The notes beneath the pieces are model-generated. The model ran no database searches. It was given only the letters and a program-made list of their open reading frames with translations, and was not told the origin of the DNA. From Haliotis cracherodii (Eukaryota): DNA of 64,000 nt. The stretch lies in NCBI RefSeq assembly GCF_022045235.1, contig NW_027266330.1:15624001-15688000 (forward strand), given 5' to 3'. Shown piece after piece: positions 44,607 to 58,700 of the stretch (the stretch's first letter is position 1; every line of letters starts with the position of its first letter). The position numbers and the translations under genes are program-made.

Positions 44607-47600
44607 CCAAAATCAACAATAGTTATGGCAGTGCCTCAGGTTGCCAGATTGCCTATTGGAGCAGGGCCTAAAATACAATGAATACGGTATATTTTACAGC
44701 GGCATTTAGAAGCTGACTTCCACATTCGAACTTTTGAAATGTTTAATCTGTCAATGCAGCGTATCGGTACTTATGCCACTATTGATTTAAAACAGGTGAT
44801 AAATACTGTCTTCACTCATCCTGTATTATTTGAGCAGATCTGACAAAGAAGCTGCACTCTGCTGAGGGCAAACTGAGACAGGAGACTGCTGGCACTCATG
44901 AAGAACTCGTCAGTGAGATTCAGGTAAGTTCAGGGGGCACGGGTGGCCCAGTTGTCTAAGGCATTGCAAATCGCTGTGCAGAGTTGCATCCCTTGGTCAC
45001 ACCACCAACCTGTGATTGTGGGTTCTAATCCCAGTTCGCCCCGATTATGTTTCTTAGTTTGTTAGCACCCTACCCATGATATAACTGGAATAATGTTCAA
45101 AGCAGCGTTAAACCCAACTCACTCACTCACTCACTCACCCTGGTTTGTAAACTGCTGTGTAGATTTCGGTCATTTGCAAGGTTTTGCAAAGCATGTGTAT
45201 TGCCAACTCAAGCATCAACAGGTATATTCCAAATCTTTTCATGTTTTTATTCAAGGTGTTCACATGATTTGATGCACTTCGCGATGTAAGACACGTTTTA
45301 TCAGCTTATAGATTTTGATTATATATCATATTGTCTTGACTGGGAGGGGGCAGTGGCCCAGTCGTCTAAGGCGCCGCCATTCGCTGTGCAGAGTTGCGTC
45401 CCCTGGACACGCCAGAAACCTATGATTGTGGGTTCGAATCCCAGTTCGCCCCGATTATGTTTCTAGGTTTGTCAGCACCATACCCATGCTCGTGGGTTTC
45501 ACCGAAGTGGTAAACGTCTGAGACCTGCATCACTTCGGGCTTTCCTCCCACATTAAGCTGACATGCCGCGATATAACTGGAATACTGTTAAAAGTGGCGT
45601 CAAACCCAACTCACTCACTCACTCTTGACTGGGTGCTACCATTTTGTGTGAAGCAAATGCAAGTTACATGAGAGGTGTAATCTGATTGGTCAATAGAGGA
45701 CATAGAGGGACATAACTCGTAATAGCCACTGATGGCGCTATGATTGAGCCCAAAAATTCCAGCTTAGTTTGGCACTGGTGGAAACTGGACTTTTACCGTC
45801 AGTTAACTCCATTGCCTCTGGAAGACATGATTTTATGCGTGCATTGAGCAAGAGAAATATCTGAAGGAAACAGACACGGATGTAATAATGGCTTTATTAT
45901 CCTTACTGTGATGCTAAGAAATAGTATCTTCTGTCTTGAAAACAATGTCCTGGGCTAAGTGGGTCAACATGAGTCAAGAATAATGTAATTATTAATTATG
46001 ATGTCAAACATTACATCAACAATGCTGTCTGTATTTCATCAACAAAGGTATTTGAATTAACTCATGAAGTGAGTCTCCTCATGTGAAGTTCCAGGTTAGA
46101 AAAGGTCTTCAGCAACCCAAGCTTGTCGTAAGAGGCGACTAATGGGATTGGATGGTCAGACTCACAGTCTTGGTTGATGCATGTCATCGTATGTCAATTG
46201 CTTAGATTGATGTTCGTGATGTCAATCACTGATTTGTCTGGTCCAATCTTGATTAGTCACATACCGCTTTCATATAGCTGGAATATTGCTGATGTGGTGT
46301 TAAACAACAAACAAACAAACAAACAAACAAACAAACCAAATCATTACACATGTGCTCAGTAATGATTTCCGTATTCGACGTAATAAGCGCCCTGCTCTAA
46401 TAAGTGCCCACGGCGATATTTGCTAATATATTGACTAGTGAACAATCCCAATTAGCACCCCTTCGGATTGATGAATGTACGCAAGACGTATTTATACGCG
46501 TATAATACGCACTCGTGTGTTATATGCACCCTTAATTACAGGCAATTAAATTCTGGAAAAATATATATGTCGTATATAAACATTTCAGGCTGTCAGCATA
46601 AACCACGAAATATATCTTTCAACTCTGTTGTTTTTTCACCAGAATAATAATCTAATAAGAGCCCCCTTTTTCTAATTTTGAGAGCGCCCTGGGCGCTTAT
46701 TACGTAGAATACGGTAATATTTACTTACTTATATTAAACTCAGGGATTTATCTAGACCTGCACAAAGACTGATATTCGACCCCAAGTCTGCAGCAAATGT
46801 CAGTAAAAGTTTCCAAATTGGAACTAAAACTTACCCAAGTGATGTTGATACAGTTCTAACTAATGTTATTTTGAGAGGTAACTTGTGTATCACTGTCAAC
46901 AGGAACAATACAGGAAGGGGCAATAAAGCTAACTTTTACATTTTCACACTGAATGCAATGTTAAAATACATGTTCTGAATTTAGGAAAATAAAACCATTT
47001 AAAAAAGTCCCAATTTTGAACAAAATAATTACTAATTATTTCGAATCCTAGATAAATTTCTGTAAACCTTATTGATAATGAAATAGTGTATAATAGGATG
47101 GCCTGAGGCTTGGTTCCGGCTGAATTACGTATGTTATTCATTCACCTGAAGCAATACAGTAATTATTTCGAATCCTAGATAAATTTCTGTGAACCGTATT
47201 GATAATGAAATAGTGTATAAAACGAAGGGCTGAGGCTTGGTTCCGGCTGAATTACGTATGTTATTCATTCACCTGAAGCGATACAGTAGTTTTTTTACCA
47301 ACAGAAAATGAGTTTGATGAAAGTATAACCCATACATAAGCTGACCCCTTTCTACAGAATCTTTTTTCTGGTCCTTAAAAGTCAGCTTATCTAGAGTCAT
47401 ATACAGTAAGCCTATTACCACTTCCGCTTGTTACAGTCTACTGGGGCACAGGTTTACACATTCAGCTGATTGTTTCAGGGCTTAATGGCTCAGCTGGCTG
47501 AGTGTGAGACCGAGAGATCTGAGGCCGTTGCAGCCTACAACGCAGTACAACAAACTCAGGAACAGTCGGCTAACACGATCGAGGTAAGCCAGGGGACAGG

Positions 47601-50600
47601 GATAGTAGAGCTGGGACGAGTCCAAGTTTACTACCCGGGTACCTGTCCCCTTATTACCCAACCCTACCCGGGTACCCACTGTAGGTTTGAAGAGAACAAA
47701 ATGGCTGCTTGAGAATTGTTTTACTGCATCCCTGGCTAAAACTATTTAGATACATGTGTGAAACGATCGGATCATTCGTTCACTGAAGTTGACTGAAGCT
47801 TTATCATTACTCAAACATATACAAGTCAAAATGAATGTGTACATCGTCAGAAAGAAATGTGACCATTATCAACTTGTAGTGTAACCACTGAGCTATAGTG
47901 AGTTTTTGTCATTAAATGATATATTACGTGACTGACCACGGGTTCAGGGTAGTCCCGTGGGTCCCTGGGTCCTACTCTTGATTCACCCGACCCCTTACCC
48001 ATCCCAGCCCTAGATAGCAGTTTTACAAATTAGGAGTCCCTGTTTCTTGAGGTTTTTGAGTTTTTTGTTGTGGTATTTACTACATGGATATTCTAACTTT
48101 GTATTTGTATCATCAGGGTGACTCTCATTGCTGATTGAACACTGTATAGGCACATGGGCCAATTTGACATTAGTAGTAGGAGTACTTGTTCATGGAACGT
48201 AGCTTACTGTCATCTATCCAGATATACTAAACCATTTAAGTTGGGGATCATTAAACAATGATCAGTTAAATATTTTGGTGGATATTGTTTTCACTTTTAA
48301 AAAATATCCCTATAAATATTTGTGATCTTTTTTGTTCAGTATACGTAAGAAGCATTCAAGGTTTTTGTTTCAAAGAAGGACAGGTTTTTAAAAGAACTCT
48401 GCACAGGCTTAGGAAGGTATTGAATTTTGAAAATACATGTTTTAACTTAGCAGTGTTTAGCGTCAGGTAAGTATAAAAACATTGCATTTAATCAGAAATG
48501 CGCATTTAAATGCCAACCGTGAGACGTACACAGGGAGCTGGTTCTAAACAGTGCTCCGATGTTAGAATTGTTACAATATTTAGTGTCTTAAACATGTTAA
48601 AAGACAAAAACACATGATTGGGTGATCACTTAAAGCAAAAGTGGTATCACACAGGATTGCAGTGGTGCATAACCACATGACAGTGGTAGATAAATTGTCA
48701 TTGTTATATCATTCTGAAGGACCTCGATACAAGGCTGTAGACATTACAGTTGCATTATTCTGAAGGACCACGATACAAGGCTGTAGACATTACAGCTGCA
48801 TTATTCTGAAGGACCACGATACAAGGCTGTAGACATTACAGTTGCATTATTCTGAAGGACCTCGATACAAGGCTGTAGACATGACCAGCTGATGACAGTT
48901 GTAGATAATTTGTCATTGTTATATTATTCTGAAGGACCTCGATACAAGGCTGTAGATGTTACAGTTGTAGATAAATTGTCCTTGATATATTATTCTGAAG
49001 GACCTCAAGAAGAGGCTGTAGACATGACTGTTGTAGATAAATTATCATTGATATATTATTTTGTAGGACCTCGAGACGCAGCTTTCAACAATGAAAGAGG
49101 AGAAGGAACAGATTTGTGCCAAGTATGTGGCCTTTGAGAAAAGAAACAAGGTGAGATAGATGCCAGATTCCATTTTCTGGATTTTTTATATTAATTTTTC
49201 ACAATTTTTATGTCCTTGTTGTCACCAGCCCATGCTCTCTACAACATAGCACCAGGTGGCGCCACAGTCACATGTCCAGTGTATATCTGTCGTAGATCTT
49301 GTCCTCGTCACCACCCCATGCTCTCTACAACATAGCACCAGGTGGCGCCACAGTCACATGTCCAGTGTATATGTGTCGCAGATCTTGTCCTCGTCACCAC
49401 CCCATGCTCTCTACAACATAGCACCAGGTGGCGCCACAGTCACATGTCCAGTGTATATGTGTCGTAGATCTTGTCCTCGTCACCACCCCATGCTCTCTAC
49501 AACATAGCACCAGGTGGCGCCACAGTCACATGTCCAGTGTATATGTGTCGTAGATCTTGTCCTCGTCACCACCCCATGCTCTCTACAACATAGCACCAGG
49601 TGGCGCCACAGTCACATGTCCAGTGTATATGTGTCGTAGATCTTGTCCTCGTCACCACCCCATGCTCTCTACAACATAGCACCAGGTGGCGCCACAGTCA
49701 CATGTCCAGTGTATATGTGTCGTAGATCTTGTCCTCGTCACCACCCCATGCTCTCTACAACATAGCACCAGGTGGCGCCACAGTCACATGTCCAGTGTAT
49801 ATGTGTCGTAGATCTTGTCCTCGTCACCACCCCATGCTCTCTACAACATAGCACCAGGTGGCGCCACAGTCACATGTCCAGTGTATATGTGTCGTAGATC
49901 TTGTCCTCGTCACCACCCCATGCTCTCTACAACATAGCACCAGGTGGCGCCACAGTCACATGTCCAGTGTATATGTGTCGCAGATCTTGTCCTCATCTCC
50001 ACCCCATGCTCTCTACAACATAGCACCAGGTGGCGCCACAGTCACATGTCCAGTGTATATCTGTCGTAGATCTTGTCCTCGTCACCACCCCATGCTCTCT
50101 ACAACATAGCACCAGGTGGCGCCACAGTCACATGTCCAGTGTATATGTGTCGTAGATCTTGTCCTCATCTCCACCCCATGCTCTCTACAACATAGCACCA
50201 GGTGGCGCCACAGTCACATGTCCAGTGTATATGTGTCGTAGATCTTGTCCTCGTTGTCACCACGCCATGCTCTCTACAACATAGCACCAGGTGGCGCCAC
50301 AGTCACATGTCCAGTGTATATGTGTCGTAGATCTTGTCCTCATCTCCACCCCATGCTCTCTACAACATAGCACCAGGTGGCGCCACAGTCACATGTCCAG
50401 TGTATATGTGTCGTAGATCTTGTCCTCGTTGTCACCACGCCATGCTCGCTACAACATAGCACCAGGTGGCGCCACAGTCACATGTCCAGTGTATATGTGT
50501 CGTAGATCTTGTCCTCGTTTTCACCACGCCATGCTCGCTACAACATAGCACCAGGTGGCGCCACAGTCACATGTCCAGTGTATATGTGTCGTAGATCTTG

Positions 50601-52712
50601 TCCTCGTTGTCACCACGCCATGCTCTCTACAACATAGCACCAGGTGGCGCCACAGTCACATGTCCAGTGTATATGTGTCGTAGATCTTGTCCTCGTTGTC
50701 ACCACCCCATGCTCTCTACAACATAGCACCAGGTGGCGCCACACTCACATGTCCAGTGTATATCTGTCGTAGATCTTGTCCTCGTTGTCACCACCCCATG
50801 CTCTCTACAACATAGCACCAGGTGGCGCCACAGTCACATGTCCAGTGTGGCATCTGCCCAGAGAGCTTAAAGGTTGGTGGTTTCATCCCCAGCCACGTCA
50901 TACCAAAGGATGTTAAAAGATGGCACTTGTTGTTACCCTGTCTGGCGCTCCATATTAAGGGTCTAAAACAAGGACTGGTCGGCTCGGAGTCAGTATGCTG
51001 TGTCTTGAGTGGGGTATCCATGTTAAACTATGGAATGCTATCTCAGAGGCTAGCCCTAGGAACTGGTACAGACTGGTATAAGCAGCGACACACCAGTGTC
51101 CATGCACATCAAAATACAGATGAAATAATTGTGAGAAAACCCATCATTAATGATGCCTCTGACTGATTTACTACATCTCAGTGTGGCATCCTCACATTGT
51201 CAGCTTCCTGTTGGTCATGTGGACAAGGTGTCTGACCTCGAGGACTGTGGTTCAAGTCCCATCATGGGACTTAGACATTTTATCGTAGCTAAATTAAAGG
51301 ATGTCAGTGAGTATCTGGACGGGTAGGAAGTGCCAGAGTGCAACACTGCACGTTCATGTTCATGAATGCGGACAAAATGGGCTGCCATTAACAAAGAACA
51401 AGGCTTGTGTTAAGTGGCAGTCCCGAAAAGTTTGAATCAGGTCCTAGTGAGATACAATCTGGACATAATCAAAACATCTGGACCTACATCAGCAGATCGA
51501 CAAGAGTAGTCCCCCTTTGTTAAATCATTGCCCCATTGACATAGACCAGAGTCCATATAATAGAGGGACGGCCCTCTAGCCAATGCGCGAAACCATCAGC
51601 GCTACAGTTTGTACTGCGCAGCCTGTCCGGAAGCGAGCGAAAACGTGTGTTCACTGCAGTCATCGTAGTCGACTTTTTTACCATACAAAGGTAAGATTTC
51701 AAAATATATTTTTATGCTCACGTATTTCTTAACATTGTCAACATTACGACTGAGATTTGTTGATGCGCTAAAGCATATCGTTGTTATTGTATTCGATGAA
51801 ATGGTCACGCTTTGTTGTTGTTCGTGTGAGCAAAATGGCGAACATGTAAATTCGGGAAAAGTGCGTATTTTGACTTTCAATAACGGCCACTAAATATCAA
51901 TAAAAGTCCTTGGTTACCAAGTTGTGTGCAAAGCAGATATGTCAAAAGGTGGCTTAGTGGTATTATTAAATCTGTGGCAGTCGCGTTATGTCTGATTTTG
52001 ACTGCGGAAATGACACTAAATCTGACTTTTCCCGAAATAATTACACCACAACACTTAATTTTCGCATGCGTTCAGACTAATGTTTGTTCTATTTGCGGTA
52101 TTGAAATAAATATGTTTAAATTCGTCACGATTTCCTCCGTGGCTTGGTACCACCCTTATTTTGCTACCATCGGTATTTATTTTTTTATGATTTTTGGCGC
52201 TAACCCACATTTTCGTCATATATTCACAGTTTAGTGTACCCTAAAGCAGACGACATAACACCTCTTTTGTCTGTGATTTTGGTACAAATATATTTTTCAA
52301 GGCATTGTAATAATTTTCTATTTTTGTATTGATATCAGAATATATTTTGTAAGATCCATATTAAGTTTTTGACGATTTGTTCAGCCATTTCATTGTAAGT
52401 CTAACATTACTATTAACTTTTTTCACTTTAATGGGTCTCTTGAACCAAACCTGCTGAAGAAAACTTTAGATAATTTGTCAATGATTATATTTTTATTTAG
52501 AAAAAGTCTTTGTTTAATTTTTCTTTTATTAAAATATTTTATATGTATTCTCCCTAATAAATGCTAAATAAACATTATGAGTTATATGACCTGGACAATC
52601 ATTAATAATGTAAATATGATTAAGGAACTACACATTTTGTGTATTTAGACAACAATAAAATCATCATTCAACATTGTTTTCATTGTATGCAATAAATATA
52701 TACATTCCTATA

Positions 52713-52747
<35 letters not shown>

Positions 52748-55700
52748 GCGGTCGGGTAGCCTGGTGGTTAAAGCGTTCGCTCGTCACGCCGAAGACCCGG
52801 GTTCGATTCTCGACATGGGTACAATGTGTGAAGCCCATTTCTGATGACCCCCGCCGTGATATTGCTGGAATATTGCTAAAAGCGGCGTAAACCAATACTC
52901 ACTCTCTCTCTATCTCTCTCTCTCTCAATATATAGTTTAATTTGTTTACATTGTGTCTAATATATAGTTTTGTTTTGTAGATGCCAAGGAAAAAGAAGAC
53001 TTGTATTGGCCGTCGTCGGAAAGGGTACTCCAAGAGAGGTCCAAGACAAGAACAAGGCTTTCTCTCTGACCATACCTATTCATCAGTTCAATCAACAGTG
53101 CTTGATGATTACAAGTAAGTCATACAGTTCTTTCAACTAATGTTGCACACCAAAGTAGGGGTATCACTGAGTATCACGATTAATGATATGTCTGAAGTAA
53201 TGGTATGTTGGTTATGTATCAGTACAGTTTTTTATATATCAAAGTACCTAAAATAAATAATTGATAAATTTCAAAGCACATGAATTATCAACAAATATTA
53301 AAATTGTAACTTTTCTTATCTAAAGAATGTTTTATGCAATACTATTCAGTATAATTCCATTGTGAGTTTAAGCAGGTGGACTAATTAAATGATTTTGGCA
53401 TCCTCCATGCTGTTTTTTTCGAAGTAATAATAATGTGTATTTCCTTTTTCAGTTCAAGAGATGTGCTCTGGGATGAAGCATGGAATTCCTTCTTCACTGA
53501 CATCTGTGATGACCCCATTGACATACCCTACGTGGGAGAAGCGATGGATTCTGATGGTTGCTCGGCCAATGAATTCTTTGTCATTCTTGACAGTGTACAC
53601 AAGTATCATCCTGATAATGACTTAGATAATTTTGTTGATGGCATCCTGCAGTACCGAAAGTACCAACTGTTCTTATCATTGAAAAAGGAACTATTCAGGC
53701 ATGCTGATGAGCTTGGCGAATTCATCATTTTGAGAAACAAGCGAGAGGAAGTGAACTTGGTGCAGTGTTATGATAGTGATGTTGCAGCGGTTCAACTCTC
53801 AGTGGTCATTAGGCCTTCTTTTGAAGCCACAGTTTATGCTCATCGACATGATATTGGTCATGATCATGAATTGTGGATTGGTTTGCCAAAATACTTCACA
53901 ACTGTAAGAGATGTTACGCAACTTTTGTCTAAACTGTCAACATACCACGTTTGTTTTGGGAATTACGAGGACAGGTTTGCTCACATGATTCCAGTTGGTG
54001 CAGGCATTAGTGAAGGAGCTACTTCAACTATATCTGCATACAGAGAAGGAGACTTTGGTGCCAAAATAGATGGAATAGCGTATAGTTCCACAATCCGTTC
54101 GTTGATGTGTCAGTTTTTGATTTCACGGAGAGACAGATGTGGTCCTTGCAGCAGATACAGAGCCACACTCCGAGCTAATGCCAGAAGAGAGAGTCTGTCC
54201 CCAAAAACCCCAAAACTAACTTCATTTACTCATACTACCCACAAGAACATGTCAAAGATGGAAGTCATCCAGAAGTATGAACTGATGAAAATCAGCCGCA
54301 ATTCCATTCAGTCTGAAATGGAGCGTTTGAAGAGAACAATAAGCCAGACAATTTCACAGAAAGGTCTTACGCTAAGTGTTTCAAGCGACTCTGATTTTTC
54401 GCAATTATTGAAAGACCACCAAGATGAAGTAATGCACGATTACCCTGATGAGACATCTATTCAGAGACTTTTTTGGGAGCAACAAATGAAATACAATAAA
54501 ATTAAAGACAAGCGGGCAATGCGATGGCATCCGATGGTAATTAAATGGTGTCTTTACATGCGTAGTAGGAGTCGGAAGGCCTATGAAGTTGCTGGAAAAT
54601 CTGGATTCATCGCTTTGCCGAGCAAAAGGACATTGTATGATTATTCACATGCCCTTCCAAGTTCACTTGGCTTTCATCCCAGCTATTCAAAACATTTAAA
54701 GGAAGAAGCGAAGTCACTTGGAATGCTTGACATTGAACAAAGATCGTACGTTGGCATACTTCAAGATGAAGTTAAGGTTTCCGAAGGCCTCGTATATGAC
54801 AAACACTCGGGTGAACTTGTTGGATATGTGGATTTAGACAGGACTGGTAACGATTTGCTCTGTTTAGAGGAGTCAATAACTGGCGGCAAACCACAACTGG
54901 CTAATACCATGTTGGTCCTCATGATCCGTGGTATCATTACAGATTTGAAGTATCCATATGCAGCCTTTGCCACGAGGGGTATAACAGCTGACTATTTATA
55001 TCCCATACTTTGGACAGCTGTTCTAAATTTAGAAAACATTGGACTGAAGCCGCTGTTTATTACATGTGATGGAGCTTCATCAAATCGCAAGTTTTTCAGC
55101 CTACATGAAGTGCCTGAATTGAATAATTTTTTCTGGACATGGAATCGATACAGTCATCCACACAGGAAGATTTACTTTATATCTGATGTTCCTCATCTTA
55201 TTAAAACAACAAGAAACTGTTTTGCTAATTCCGGATCTCACAAGAAGACCAGAGAGCTGTGGAAAGATGGTCGTGATGTTAGTTGGCTTCATATGTTGAA
55301 GTTTTATGAAGAACATGTGGAAAATGAATTGTTTTGTAAAACCTACAAGCTTACAAGAGATCACATTGACTTGTCACCATATTCAACAATGAAAGTTAAC
55401 TTGGCTGCACAAATATTTAGTAGTTCAGTGGGAAACGCTCTGGAGGACTTATATGGGGACCCAGTCCAAGAAACTGTGAATCTTATCAGACACATGAACC
55501 GTTTTTTTGATTGTCTTAACACGCGGAGTTTGCAAGAAGGAATCATAGCCCGGAACAGTGACAAGAAGGAGTATCGCAGCATTAATGATCCCAGACTGCA
55601 TTATCTTCTCAGTGAATTCTTGGATTTTTTCAAAGCCTGGGAGGATAGTGTCATGAGACGACAAGGGCAGTTTACCTTATCACAAAGGAAGCGTATGATG

Positions 55701-58700
55701 CTCAGTCATCAAACTCTCAAAGGACTAAAAATATCTGTGAATTCCATTGTAGAATGTGTACGATTCATGCTCACAGCCGGTGCAGAATTTGTATTCACCC
55801 ACCGATTCAACCAAGACCCTCTAGAAGAACAATTTGGACAGTATCGACACAAAGGAGGCTCAAATGACAATCCCTCAGTTTATGCTGTTAAACATGCCTT
55901 TTCACAGATGAAGGTCCTCGCTTCCTCTGCGCTCCAACCTATACGTGGCAACATTTCGAACAAGAGGCCACAACACACCTTGACTGTTGATAATGCGGCT
56001 CTCCCTAGGCGTAAACAGAGGCGTGTATAGTGTACTCATTGGGGAGTAGTAGAAAAACTTGTTAATGAGTTTAGATAATAGAAAATTAGAGAAACGTGTA
56101 CTTAATATCCCTGAACTTGTTCACATTGATTTCAGTGCCCACAAAACTTTTCAATGCACATGTTTTTGTATCGAGTGTACCACTCACATGTATTGTAAGA
56201 ATATTGTAACTTAAACATGTTTAAGACTATTAACACAAGACAAACACAACAGTAGACTGGGGAGGTTGAATGAATGATATGATGACAATTTATTATCTTG
56301 TTGAACATACTGATTTTGATTGACTGCCATGGCCCATCTTCAATGATAGATTCTTGTAACATGTTATGTTTGTTTTTTAACGCGACTGAGCAATATTCCA
56401 GCTAAATGATCGTGGTCTGTTAATAATCAAATCTGGACCAAACAACCAAGTGATCATGAGCACCTGATCCCATTAGTGGCCTGTTCATAAGAAGTGTACA
56501 CATTCTCAAGTTGATGGTTAATGGAAATTTTCTCTGGGTTTCAAGGCTTTTCTCAGTGACTGGCTCTTTTTGCCCTCGTTAGTTTTTCTCTCTATCTTTT
56601 TCTCTTTTTGCTGTTGACGCTTCAGGAACTTGGCAACAGCCCCGCCACGCACATTTAGGAACAAAGTGATTAGAAATTCTAACAATTTTAGTTTCAATTC
56701 TTCTTCACAAACAACAAACTTGTCCCAGTAAAAGAGTACCATATGGTTGGTTAGAATAACTTCCTTCAATTTGTCACAGAGAAGGGAGTACAAATTAAGG
56801 TGTGAGAGATTTACTTGACTTCGGACAGCAATTTCAATTGACCGCACAAGAAAAAAGCAATTGTCACTAGGAAGAGTAAGGCCACCCCTGTTGATTTTTT
56901 CAGTCCATTTTGAAAATCTGCTGATGTAGCTTTCTTTTGACTCAGTTGATGTGCGAAGATTGTCAATGACAGTCTCGATGTTGTTGCCGCTGATTGTCTT
57001 CTTTTTTAGCAAAGCATGGACAATGTACCCTGAGATGTAATATAAAACTGCCTGGTCATTTTCACTGATATGGTTGGCTTGCTTCTCATCAGCTGTCTTC
57101 ATTGAATCTGATATAACTTTAAGGAGGGTTTGAATAATCCGATCTAGCAAACACTGAGTGAAGATGTGTACTATCCTGATTGGTTGGCTGCTGACTTCCT
57201 CTATACAGGTGCACATGCTTGAAATGAAATCTTCCTCCAGACACAACTGGTGATAACTGCTCCAGAGTGCCTCTCGGTCACTTGACAGCGAGCTCCCGTG
57301 GCCGAACCCCTTGAAAACTTTATGGAACTTTGGTGTCACAATGTCAATTAAATCATCAGTGGTATGTGCATCTTCATCAAGGGACTTGGCAACTTGGATC
57401 AGATCTTGACCAATCGTTGAACCTGACTGCAATGCATCCATCATTGGGTCGCAAATGATCAATTTCAGTGCCTTTGGTACTCCATTCTTTAATGCGTCCT
57501 TCATTTCAGTTACATTTGCAAGTGGCATAGACATTGTATTGTGTTTTTCATCCGATTTCGAGATGGGTGGCTTGCCTGTCGTAGCGCTTGCTTGCCTATG
57601 CTCATGGGCTGAAATCATTAAGATATTTACCAAATGAAATCATATACTCTTTTTAAATGTGTAGAAATTACCTAGGGGATAGGCAAAATCCCATGTAAAA
57701 AATCATCACTTATTTGTTATTGTATATTTAAAATATTTAGATCTAGTGAAGTTATTTTTACTTTTGATTTTTAATTTGCATTTCAAATCCTGAAGCAACA
57801 ACTGAAAACTATTTTGTGTTGCACCAAGTTACCAAGATCAAGTTTTAATTAATTTCAAAAATTATTTTATTCTGTAGTTTTGTTATACTGGAATTACAAT
57901 TTTGTCTTTCATACTTTGATGTATATGTTTTAGTTGTGGCTAAATCCAAATTAATGGTGTATTAAAATTAAAATATCATTCTTACATCTATTGTCAATTT
58001 TTATAATAAATATATATTCATATCAGAACTTATGGTATTTTGTTTTGTTTTAATAATAGTAGTTGCATGTCTCGTGCCAAGTTGAAGTTTAACTTGGTAT
58101 TTGATTGATCAGAAGTAAACAGAAAACTTAATTAGCACAGTTTAGAATATTACAACCGTTACTCCTGGATGCGATATTTATATCTCGTACTAAGCTTGTT
58201 GCTGCTGCACTGTTTCACACGCCAGACCGAATTATTTGGATGCTGAACTTGGAACTTTTCCGATCGGGTAGTATAAAATAACCATCATGAAATTACAATC
58301 GTCTAGACTTTAGAATTTAAGAGTAACCTCCCTTTGAAAAACTGTCGCGTTACGGCCAACACCATTATCACTGCTAGCCCCAAACTTGCATTATCTAATA
58401 ATTTTGGATAAACAGCGAAGCGCATTATCGGTCACATCGAAAATTCGCTCAACAACGCTCGGAGATATGTGAAATTATAATTTCTTTGGAAATATTGCCT
58501 ATTAGCAGAGACCATATAACAGATTAATATATGGTCTCTGCTATAATCTATTTACAAGACTTCTTTCATGGGAATTTAGAAGTTGGAGTATAGGAATTCA
58601 TGGATGAACAACTTTACAAGACATAAAAAATATACGGGGAATTAATAGCGTCATTTTACTGGCTGATAGTAATTTTAAAAGCAATTACGCGAGCCCTATT

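Noticed and set aside
49214-50848. Regular repeat arrays (also 121-803, 43125-43680, 60633-63085) as CRISPR arrays
   Set aside because: Units are wholly repeated with no unique spacers, there are no cas genes, and the context is eukaryotic; these are satellites.
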